From a virus (taxonomy: Duplodnaviria; Caudoviricetes): a DNA stretch of 29,930 bases. The first letter of the stretch is position 1. Each line of letters opens with the position of its first letter. The stretch spans positions 1 to 29,930 of IMG/VR virus record IMGVR_UViG_3300042987_000361. The stretch is one strand, 5' to 3'. The notes beneath the pieces are model-generated. The model made no database searches. It was not told the origin of the DNA and was given only the letters and a program-made list of their open reading frames with translations. Shown one piece after another: positions 8,619-15,973 of the stretch. A program made the position numbers and the translations under genes.

Positions 8619-9959
8619 ATGGCTCCTAAAAACAAAGCCATGCCCAAAAGTAAACCAAAGGTAGATCCTGTTAATAAATTGTTACAGGAACGAGAGTTGG
8701 AATACCAGGGGGCTATGGGTATTGCTAACAATGATTTGCGGGCAAAAGAAACTGAATTGCTGCAAATTCAACAGGCATACAAGAATAGTGGGATAAAAGT
8801 AGAAGGGTTCGACGAGTTTTTGGCCAACAAACATGCTCAAATTAAACGAGCATATAGAGACGTTGTTAGCGAACAATCTTACCTCTTTGAAAACGATTTG
8901 AGGAATTACGCTATTGGCTCTGGTGAGTTATTGGATGTAACTAAAACTGAGGCCAACCAACGTAAAATTTCACAACCAATTCCTGGGACACAAGCACACC
9001 ATCCAGCTTCTGTGTCTTCCGTAGAAAGTTATTTACGGAATATGCCGATGGCTGAGCAACGTCGTACACTTGATCTTTTAGTTAGTCAAGGTTATGTTGT
9101 TGGTTCAAAGGCAGAAGGCTTTATTCCATTATCTGGCCCAGCACATTTAGGCGGAGGCGAGCGTTGGGGTAAAGCATTTGCTCACGTTGGTAAGGAAGGT
9201 GTTGAGTCTGATCCCGGTAGATTCAAAGGAACTGCTCTTCCTAAAAACACAACAGCTGAGCAAGCTGTAGCGGCAATGAAGCCAATGTTGGACGAACAAA
9301 TTGCCCTTAATACAGCTGCTTACAATCATCCAATTGAGCAGCAAATGCGACAAGTTGCTGAGCAATTGATTGGAAAACCTATCACTTGGATGGGTGGTGG
9401 TGAAGAAGATCTAAAAGCGCAAAGAGTTGCCGCTAAAACTCAAGGAATTAATGCTACTACTATTTCCAAGGGATTTAGCAAATATCCTCAATTAATGGGT
9501 ACTGAACAGGTTCCTGGTGTCAGTATCATGACAGATGTCGGGACAAGGATTCCTCTTGGCACTAAACCGAGTGATGAGGTACGCGCCCAGGCAAGAGAAA
9601 CAGTTCGCAATCCAAACATTGTGCTTGCTAGAAGCCAAACCCTTGGCCAAAAAGCAGCGGCTATTGCTAACAGAGAGCCAGTAGCTTCTGTAACTACTGC
9701 AGTTGTTGTACCGACAAAACCAGCAGCTAAACCAGCAGCTAAACCAGCAGCTAAACCAGCAGCTAAACCAGCAGCTAAACCAGTAGCTAAACCTAAACCA
9801 AAAGTTCGCACTACTCCTGCTGTTGTAACGCAGAAATCGCGTACTAAACCAACTAGCGCTAGTATGCAAATTAGGGCAATGCAGCGATCAGCGCCTGATG
9901 TTATTAACATTCAACCTGGAATGAGTTTGCCCTCTAGTTCACTTATTCAAGGTATCTAA
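8619..9959 (+). CDS. Hypothetical protein with AHH/HNH-like His motif and KPAA repeat tail
   Basis: 446-aa ORF; QAHH...GYVVG...FIPLSGPAH...AH; (KPAA)5-KPVA near C-terminus. Confidence 0.75.
   Translation: MAPKNKAMPKSKPKVDPVNKLLQERELEYQGAMGIANNDLRAKETELLQIQQAYKNSGIKVEGFDEFLANKHAQIKRAYRDVVSEQSYLFENDLRNYAIGSGELLDVTKTEANQRKISQPIPGTQAHHPASVSSVESYLRNMPMAEQRRTLDLLVSQGYVVGSKAEGFIPLSGPAHLGGGERWGKAFAHVGKEGVESDPGRFKGTALPKNTTAEQAVAAMKPMLDEQIALNTAAYNHPIEQQMRQVAEQLIGKPITWMGGGEEDLKAQRVAAKTQGINATTISKGFSKYPQLMGTEQVPGVSIMTDVGTRIPLGTKPSDEVRAQARETVRNPNIVLARSQTLGQKAAAIANREPVASVTTAVVVPTKPAAKPAAKPAAKPAAKPAAKPVAKPKPKVRTTPAVVTQKSRTKPTSASMQIRAMQRSAPDVINIQPGMSLPSSSLIQGI
9717..9788 (+). repeat. 12-bp tandem repeat AAACCAGCAGCT x5 plus one variant (KPAA)
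   Basis: Five perfect units 9717-9776, then AAACCAGTAGCT. Confidence 0.97.
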
Positions 9960-10267
9960 TGGACAAAAAGAAAGCACCAAACAAACCACCCGATAAAAAC
10001 TTTATCAAACAAGTTCTAGATAACTTAAAGATCGGATATACTGATGGTAAGAATCCTATTGGTCGTGCTATGACTGGTCATGGATTTATGCCATCTAAAA
10101 ACGCTGCTTTGAATTTTGGGGCATTGATGAATATGCCGTATGATCCTGAGATGCGTATTCGTCCTAAAGATCCTCAGCAACAACTGCGAGCCAATAATGC
10201 ACGCATCGGTCAAATTGAACGTATTCACAACGTCTACATCAAGCCGAGAGTAAAACTCGCTGATTGA
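9959..10267 (+). CDS. Hypothetical protein
   Basis: TAATG coupling to upstream gene; 102 aa. Confidence 0.7.
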   Translation: MDKKKAPNKPPDKNFIKQVLDNLKIGYTDGKNPIGRAMTGHGFMPSKNAALNFGALMNMPYDPEMRIRPKDPQQQLRANNARIGQIERIHNVYIKPRVKLAD

Positions 10268-10274
10268 CCCCTAC

Positions 10275-10305
10275 AAGCCCCTACAACACCCCTGTGGGGG
10301 CTTTT
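10275..10305 (+). terminator. Intrinsic terminator-like hairpin
   Basis: AAGCCCCTACA-acacccc-TGTGGGGGCTT then TT; 11-bp stem with one G-U, just after the stop at 10267. Confidence 0.6.
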
Positions 10306-10323
10306 CCATACATTCTACCACCA

Positions 10324-10908
10324 ATGGCTCCAATCTTCGTTACAGGTCCTCAGAGAAGCGGTACAACGATTGCTGCTCGTATCCTAGCATCTGACTTCAA
10401 ACGTCCTTATGTAGATGAATCAGAATATACACCACAATCGATCCCACCCAATGCTGTTATTCAAGCACCGTTCATCATCAAAGCTGTAATAGAACTTTCC
10501 TTTATGTTCCCTAAAGCACAGTTTGTTTTTATGGAACGTAATGTTGAGGACATTATCAAAAGCATGGAGCGTATTGAATGGTACAAGGATTATATTGATG
10601 ATCCACTGTTTTATAGGACGTATGTTGAGCACATGTATCAGTACATTGATTTGTTATGTAAAACTTTACCAGAAGATCGTTGGAGTATTCTACAATACGA
10701 CGCACTAACCACTCATCCACTATTTGTAACTGATAGACATGGCTTTACCGTCAGGCAATGGCAAAAGGACAACCCGCAAGGCCCAGCAACCTGGAGAAAC
10801 GACAACGACACTGGATCTTATAAAGTCAGACTTCAAAATATTTCTACAAGCGCTATGGCATCAACTAGACTTGCCATCTCCAACACGGGCTCAATACGCA
10901 ATCGCTGA
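10324..10908 (+). CDS. PAPS-dependent sulfotransferase family protein
   Basis: PIFVTGPQRSGTT (5'-PSB loop), FPKAQFVFMERNVEDIIKS (3'-PB), LQYDAL; ATG 10324 preferred over TTG 10264. Confidence 0.8.
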   Translation: MAPIFVTGPQRSGTTIAARILASDFKRPYVDESEYTPQSIPPNAVIQAPFIIKAVIELSFMFPKAQFVFMERNVEDIIKSMERIEWYKDYIDDPLFYRTYVEHMYQYIDLLCKTLPEDRWSILQYDALTTHPLFVTDRHGFTVRQWQKDNPQGPATWRNDNDTGSYKVRLQNISTSAMASTRLAISNTGSIRNR

Positions 10909-12544
10909 TTATCTACAACACGGACCTAAACGACTACAGATCCAAGCCTTCCGAGGAGTCGGTAAAAGTTGGATTACTGGAGCGTTTGTGTTGTGGACAC
11001 TTTTTAATGATCCAGAAAAAAAGATCATGATTATCTCAGCTTCTAAGGAACGAGCAGATAACATGTCTATCTTTCTACAAAAGTTAATCATTGAAACGCC
11101 GTGGTTAGTACATCTCAGACCTAAAAGTGATGAGGCTAGATGGTCGCGTATTAGCTTTGATGTAAACTGTAGCCCACACCAAGCACCATCAGTTAAATCA
11201 GTTGGTATTACAGGCCAGCTAACTGGTTCTCGTGCAGACTTAATGATTCTTGATGACGTTGAAGTTCCTGGTAACTCAATGACAGAAATGATGCGTGAGA
11301 AGCTTCTACAGTTGTGCACAGAAGCTGAGTCTATCCTTACACCAAAGAAAGACTCTCGTATCATGTACCTTGGTACACCACAGACTACCTTTACTATTTA
11401 CCGTAAGTTAGCTGAACGTAACTACCGTCCATTTGTTTGGCCAGCTCGTTACCCACGCAAAGATAAACTTAATCAATATGAGGGTGTCTTATCTCCACAA
11501 ATTGTGGAAGATATTGAGATGGGTGTTGAAGAATGGACCCCAACAGATCCTGATCGCTTTACCAGTGATGATCTACTGGAACGTGAAGCAGCTATGGGTC
11601 GTAGCAACTTTATGTTGCAGTTCCAATTAGATACTACACTTAGTGATGCAGAGAAATTCCCACTTAAATTCTCCGATCTTATCATTACCTCTGTTAACCC
11701 GACTCAAGCGCCGGATGCTGTTGTGTGGTGCAGTGACCCTCGTAATTGTCTCAAAGATTTGCCTACGGTTGGCTTACCAGGTGATTATTTCTACTCCCCG
11801 ATGCAACTACAAGGTGACTGGGGATCGTACACAGAGACCATCTGCTCAGTAGACCCAAGTGGTAGAGGTACAGACGAAACAGCAGCTACATACATCTCTC
11901 AAAAGAATGGCTTTCTCTACGTTCACGAAGTACGAGCGTACCGCGACGGTTATAGCGACAATACACTTCTTGACATCCTTCGTGGGTGTAAGCGCTATAA
12001 CGTTACCAAGCTTGTTGTCGAAACAAACTTCGGGGATGGTATCGTCGCAGAACTCTTCAAAAAACATTTGCAACAAACTAAACAATTAATAGACGTAGAA
12101 GAAGTACGGGCTAACGTCCGTAAAGAAGATAGAATTATTGATACCTTAGAACCTGTAATGAATCAACACCGACTCATCATTGATAGGTCAGTGGTTGAAT
12201 GGGACTATGCTTCTAATAAAGACGCTCCACCTGAGGATCGACTTCTGTATATGCTCTTCTATCAGATGAGTAGGATGTGTCGTGAAAAAGGTGCAGTTAA
12301 ACATGACGACAGATTGGATAGCCTAGCTCAAGGTGTTAAGTACTTTACAGATGCTATGTCTATTTCTGCTTATGAAGCAGTTAAGCTTCGTAAACAAGAA
12401 GACTGGAAGGACCAACTGGAGACATTCCTAGATGACCCACAAGCTGCTACAAACCACTTAGTGCTTGGGTTTAACATAGACCAAAGGAGACAAGCTAGAG
12501 GTAAATCTAAAGGCAAAGCTGTGCCTACATGGGTAAATATGTGA
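10739..12544 (+). CDS. terL: Terminase large subunit (T7 gp19-like); start uncertain
   Basis: Walker A IQAFRGVGKSWIT, LTGSRADLMILDDVE, nuclease SVDPSGRGTDET, HDDRLD. Confidence 0.97.
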   Translation: MALPSGNGKRTTRKAQQPGETTTTLDLIKSDFKIFLQALWHQLDLPSPTRAQYAIADYLQHGPKRLQIQAFRGVGKSWITGAFVLWTLFNDPEKKIMIISASKERADNMSIFLQKLIIETPWLVHLRPKSDEARWSRISFDVNCSPHQAPSVKSVGITGQLTGSRADLMILDDVEVPGNSMTEMMREKLLQLCTEAESILTPKKDSRIMYLGTPQTTFTIYRKLAERNYRPFVWPARYPRKDKLNQYEGVLSPQIVEDIEMGVEEWTPTDPDRFTSDDLLEREAAMGRSNFMLQFQLDTTLSDAEKFPLKFSDLIITSVNPTQAPDAVVWCSDPRNCLKDLPTVGLPGDYFYSPMQLQGDWGSYTETICSVDPSGRGTDETAATYISQKNGFLYVHEVRAYRDGYSDNTLLDILRGCKRYNVTKLVVETNFGDGIVAELFKKHLQQTKQLIDVEEVRANVRKEDRIIDTLEPVMNQHRLIIDRSVVEWDYASNKDAPPEDRLLYMLFYQMSRMCREKGAVKHDDRLDSLAQGVKYFTDAMSISAYEAVKLRKQEDWKDQLETFLDDPQAATNHLVLGFNIDQRRQARGKSKGKAVPTWVNM

Positions 12545-12834
12545 CAATTTAATATTGTCATATTTTACGAAATATTACATTCCTTGTAATCCCTTCTGCT
12601 GCAATTGATCTGACCAACCACCCATGTTAAGGGGGAGTGGAAGGGTGGATCCACTTCCTCTAACGGGGAGAGACTCTAAGACAAACAAGTTGTCTTAATC
12701 ATCTCTCCCTTTATTAATGTCCCTGGGGAAGGACATTCTGTAAGAACTACTAAACCCAAAAGACACAAACTCCACTAACTTGTTCTATTACTAAGTTAAT
12801 ACTGTGATTACTGTGAGAGGAGCGAAGCTCTCAC
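12539..12834 (+). other. Non-coding array of about six hairpins downstream of terL
   Basis: Inverted repeats at 12542-12560, 12574-12590, 12626-12664, 12666-12709, 12716-12737, 12813-12834. Confidence 0.7.
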
Positions 12835-12880
12835 TACTGTATCTACTGTTATTAACTCTCCTACTAACCTCCGTTAACGT

Positions 12881-13063
12881 ATGAGTAGAACTTATCGTAA
12901 ACAACCTACATATGTATTTAGAGCTGTACAAACTTATAGTGAGTTAAAACAGCAGTCATTTGATGATGATGGCTATACGGTATCTACTCGGCATCGTTAT
13001 ATCCCGTCATTGTATGACGACATTAAAGTATCCGCCTACCAACAGTTAGACCATCATTCATGA
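12881..13063 (+). CDS. Small hypothetical protein (MSRTYRK start)
   Basis: ATGA overlap with thyX. Confidence 0.65.
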   Translation: MSRTYRKQPTYVFRAVQTYSELKQQSFDDDGYTVSTRHRYIPSLYDDIKVSAYQQLDHHS

Positions 13064-13695
13064 CTACCCACCAAGTCAAACTCGTACACATTACTCCTAA
13101 CGCTGAACAACTCATTGCCTATATGGCTAGAGTCAGTAACCCCGCTAATCAAAACAACACTGAGACCAGTGCAAAGTTAATTAAATATCTCATTGACCAT
13201 AAACATTGGTCTCCATTTGAGATGGTTAATATGTGCGTAGAAATAGAAACAACTAGGAGTATAGCAGCACAGATCCTCAGGCATAGGAGCTTCAGCTTTC
13301 AAGAGTTTAGCCAACGGTATGCTGAGGTACAACTTAGACCTGAGTTACCTGAAATGAGAAGGCAGGATCTGAAGAATAGACAGAATAGTGTTGATGACCT
13401 TAGCCTTGAGACACTGAAAGAATGTGATGAGGTGTTGGGTAAGGCATTGGTAACAAGCTACCGAGCATATGAGCGTTTACTTGAGCTTGGTGTCGCTAAA
13501 GAGTGTGCTAGGGAAGTGTTGCCACTGTGTACTCCGACTCGACTGTATATGAACGGTACAATTAGGTCTTGGATTCATTATTGTCAACTTAGGTGTGCTA
13601 ACGGGACACAGCTTGAACATCAGATCATCGCTAGAGAGGCCTGGAAGCTTCTGCAAGAGCACTTACCGAGTGTGTGCATGTCTCTGGAGGTTTAA
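13060..13695 (+). CDS. thyX: Flavin-dependent thymidylate synthase
   Basis: ThyX motif RHRSFSFQEFSQRY; HWSPFE; ECAREVLP; TQLEH. Confidence 0.97.
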   Translation: MTTHQVKLVHITPNAEQLIAYMARVSNPANQNNTETSAKLIKYLIDHKHWSPFEMVNMCVEIETTRSIAAQILRHRSFSFQEFSQRYAEVQLRPELPEMRRQDLKNRQNSVDDLSLETLKECDEVLGKALVTSYRAYERLLELGVAKECAREVLPLCTPTRLYMNGTIRSWIHYCQLRCANGTQLEHQIIAREAWKLLQEHLPSVCMSLEV

Positions 13696-13699
13696 CTGG

Positions 13700-13744
13700 T
13701 TAGAGGGGCTTTACAGGTCATCCTGTGTTGTCCCTTTAATTTTT
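13700..13744 (+). terminator. Terminator-like hairpin after thyX
   Basis: TTAGAGGGGC..ACAGG-tcat-CCTGT..GTCCCTTTAA followed by TTTTT. Confidence 0.55.
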
Positions 13745-14330
13745 GACAGAAATTTCAGAAGCCTTATATCGACATGGGCGGTGGCATTTACCCCCATGGC
13801 CCCTTATAAGAATAGGCAACGCAGTGGTATCCAGGATGCACCCTGATTGATGTATTATAATTACATAGGGACCAGGATATTTACTGTTGATAGATAGTAA
13901 TAGCAGGATTGAACTGTTATTAACTGTGTGCGTGCATTGTGTTATCTATTGCCACGCCTTATTGAGAATGAATCGCAATAAGCAATGTGATAGTTATAGG
14001 TAATGATAAGTTATTGTAATCAGTTAGTACTGTGTGATAAGGTGCTGCTATAGGTAGATACGAAGTGATCTGTCCGCCCTCCCTGTTCCGTCAGTACAGC
14101 GCAGCTATAACGCTCTCAGACACGTCTAGAAGGCGCTATAAGGCCGCTCTAATCATGATTAGGTATACTGTGACCTGATGCAGTATCGAGACGCCTTACA
14201 GGGGATGTACTAACTGTATTCACACTCATGCACTCGTTACACTCGAGCTCACGCAAACTAACACGCAGCTCAGCACGACATACGCCACGATACCAAATCC
14301 CTAATTGGTAGCTAGGAGCCCTAATCAGGG
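13745..14330. other. Non-coding genome-end junction (likely contains the terminal repeat and left end)
   Basis: Longest gene-free stretch, between last late gene and first early promoter. No host genes. Exact repeat limits cannot be read from one copy. Confidence 0.65.
14220..14229 (+). promoter_or_regulatory. TCACACTCAT motif copy 1 (candidate phage RNAP promoter core)
   Basis: Same 10-mer at 16506, 18491, 20719, 24081, 28233; variant TCACACTCAC at 15058; all + strand. Confidence 0.55.
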
Positions 14331-14331
14331 G

Positions 14332-14360
14332 TTGACAGGGCAGCCTGGATGGTCTATGGT
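14332..14360 (+). promoter_or_regulatory. Host sigma70-type early promoter
   Basis: TTGACA (14332-14337), 17-nt spacer, TATGGT (14355-14360), upstream of the first early gene. Confidence 0.8.
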
Positions 14361-14402
14361 AGGCTCATCGGTGGGGGACAGGAGACCCGGTTCTTTCCAC
14401 CA

Positions 14403-14414
14403 GCACCTAGACAA
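14403..14414 (+). promoter_or_regulatory. boxA-like antitermination element
   Basis: GCACCTAGACAA directly after a GC hairpin (GGTGGGGGAC...GTTCTTTCCACC), about 40 nt into the predicted transcript. Confidence 0.45.
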
Positions 14415-14592
14415 TTGCATATTTAGGTCGTCACAATACGGAACTAGCGGAGCGAGCGATCCCGCGAGACAGAGATATGGTTGCAACCCGACCAGCTGTC
14501 ACGACCACGTTGTTACTAATCATTAACACAGAGCCACATGTGTTTAATAAATTAGATCATGGCAACTACTAACTACTATTGGAGGACTGCTT

Positions 14593-14745
14593 ATGTCTCT
14601 TACTCTTGACCGTAAAGTAGCTACTGGTCTTCTCAGTAAGGCTACTACTGGTGATGATCTCTTGTCTGTACTTGAGATGATTACAGCTAGCTTCACCAAA
14701 CCTGTTGCCAACACTGTTCCTACACTTGAGGAGATTGAGTTCTGA
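14593..14745 (+). CDS. Early hypothetical protein, 50 aa (not in ORF track)
   Basis: GGAGGA RBS; MSLTLDRKVATGLLSK...EEIEF; TGATG coupling. Confidence 0.75.
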   Translation: MSLTLDRKVATGLLSKATTGDDLLSVLEMITASFTKPVANTVPTLEEIEF

Positions 14746-14927
14746 TGTCTGTGTTTACTTTTGATCAACTGCGTGATGCTGTGCAAGAATGCACCAGCTA
14801 TGACCTTGTTCAACGGTTTAGTGATGATGAGGATGAGTATGTGTTGATTGATCCGTATGGCGATCAAGATGGTGATGCTTTCAATGATCAAGTCGACCAG
14901 TATTTGTACGAGCTTGTCAATCAATGA
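14745..14927 (+). CDS. Early acidic hypothetical protein
   Basis: GAGGAG RBS; coupled at both ends. Confidence 0.75.
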   Translation: MSVFTFDQLRDAVQECTSYDLVQRFSDDEDEYVLIDPYGDQDGDAFNDQVDQYLYELVNQ

Positions 14928-15076
14928 CATACTACATTGCACGTATGAATGATGAGGGTAATTGGGAGTATTTAGATAATGCTCCTAGTTATTCTGATGC
15001 AGAGATGATGCTTGATGCGTACTGTGATATGTATCCAGCGTCTTACATTGACGTAATTCACACTCACGAGGGCTGA
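14924..15076 (+). CDS. Early hypothetical protein, 50 aa (not in ORF track)
   Basis: ATGA overlap; MTYYIARMNDEGNWEYLD...IHTHEG. Confidence 0.7.
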   Translation: MTYYIARMNDEGNWEYLDNAPSYSDAEMMLDAYCDMYPASYIDVIHTHEG

Positions 15077-15078
15077 TT

Positions 15079-15657
15079 ATGACTGACACTGCTGTTGTTC
15101 CATTTATGCTCAAGGGTGATGCACTTGTTGAGTACGTAAATGAGAAGATGGAGCTTATTAATAGAAATGAGCTGACACGCACTGAAATGATCAAGGACGC
15201 AGGCTATGTGTACGACAACGGTAATGCTATGTACACACAGTTCTACACTGAGCTACTCAATGCCAAGGGTGTTGTACCTGTGACTAACAACGACATTGCT
15301 GATCAAGAGTATGAAGATCTAAGTGTTGATAAGCGTAACCTCTATGATCGCATTGATGAATGGAGTGGTGCTAAGTGGACGCATGAGGAGCTGATTGAGT
15401 TCATTGATGAACTTGAGGACATTGGTATTGATACAGCGTCTGAGTTTGATGATGCCTATGAATGGGAGCATGATGGTTGGGCGTCTATGGCTGAGAAAGA
15501 GTTCGCTGAGTATTGGTGCATTGAGGTTCTTGATGCACAGATTCCAGAGTGTGTACTCGCTGCTGTAGATTGGCAAGATGTGTGGGATCACAACCTACGT
15601 TATGACTTCTGCTATATTGAGACTGCTAACGGTACATTCTTCTTTCGTAACAACTAA
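15079..15657 (+). CDS. Early protein: cyAbrB-like N-terminal domain plus ArdA-like acidic C-terminal domain
   Basis: MLKGDALVEYV...TEMIKDAGY...TQFYTELLNAKGV; EFDDAY...EKEFAE...IPECV...VDWQDVW...YDF...FFFRNN. Confidence 0.7.
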   Translation: MTDTAVVPFMLKGDALVEYVNEKMELINRNELTRTEMIKDAGYVYDNGNAMYTQFYTELLNAKGVVPVTNNDIADQEYEDLSVDKRNLYDRIDEWSGAKWTHEELIEFIDELEDIGIDTASEFDDAYEWEHDGWASMAEKEFAEYWCIEVLDAQIPECVLAAVDWQDVWDHNLRYDFCYIETANGTFFFRNN

Positions 15658-15815
15658 TGATGTTCAGAGTTATTCTTGATTCAGTAGACAATCCTGGTAA
15701 GTTTACATTTATAACGGTTGATGGTGCTAAGGACTTAGATGATTGCCTAAATCACATCCGCACTAAGTTCTCTAGTGAGTTTGTTATTGATCAAATTCAG
15801 GAAATTACGGAATGA
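15657..15815 (+). CDS. Early hypothetical protein, 52 aa (not in ORF track)
   Basis: TAATG coupling; MMFRVILDSVDNPGKF...QEITE. Confidence 0.65.
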   Translation: MMFRVILDSVDNPGKFTFITVDGAKDLDDCLNHIRTKFSSEFVIDQIQEITE

Positions 15816-15973
15816 CTATGACTGAGACCAACATTATCCTTGCTGTGATTGGCATGGTTGGGTTGTTCGCTACGGCTACAATCTATCAACGTGCTAATCG
15901 CATCACAAGTGTGTATTATGCTAACAAGGTTAATCGTGACCTTATCAACCTGAACAAGCGAGAGTTTAACTGA
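15812..15973 (+). CDS. Early small membrane protein, 53 aa (not in ORF track)
   Basis: ATGA overlap; hydrophobic IILAVIGMVGLFATATIY; TGATG coupling downstream. Confidence 0.7.
   Translation: MTMTETNIILAVIGMVGLFATATIYQRANRITSVYYANKVNRDLINLNKREFN

Noticed and set aside
9717-9788. Possible CRISPR array
   Set aside because: Contiguous 12-bp in-frame units without spacers; no cas genes
9492-9869. Antisense ORF with (WFSC)n repeat
   Set aside because: Just the reverse reading of the KPAA minisatellite
10264-10323. TTG start and N-terminal extension of the sulfotransferase
   Set aside because: Runs through a terminator-like hairpin; the domain begins right after ATG 10324
13743-13770. TTGACA with TATATC 16 nt downstream as a second host promoter
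   Set aside because: Poor -10 (last T missing) and no gene follows; TTGACA at 16523 and 24062 also lack a -10 at correct spacing
14427-14506. Glutamine (glnA/downstream-peptide) riboswitch, suggested by ACGGAACTAG
   Set aside because: Lacks the CGTT...AACG P1 and the exact GGAAGTA core; kept only as an unassigned structure
14305-14526. 73-aa ORF across the early promoter and leader
   Set aside because: TTG start lies upstream of the promoter; region is better explained as promoter plus structured leader
12545-14592. tRNA or self-cleaving ribozyme in the non-coding regions
   Set aside because: No T-loop/anticodon cloverleaf or hammerhead core (CTGATGA...GAAA) seen by eye; a covariance-model scan would be needed to exclude fully
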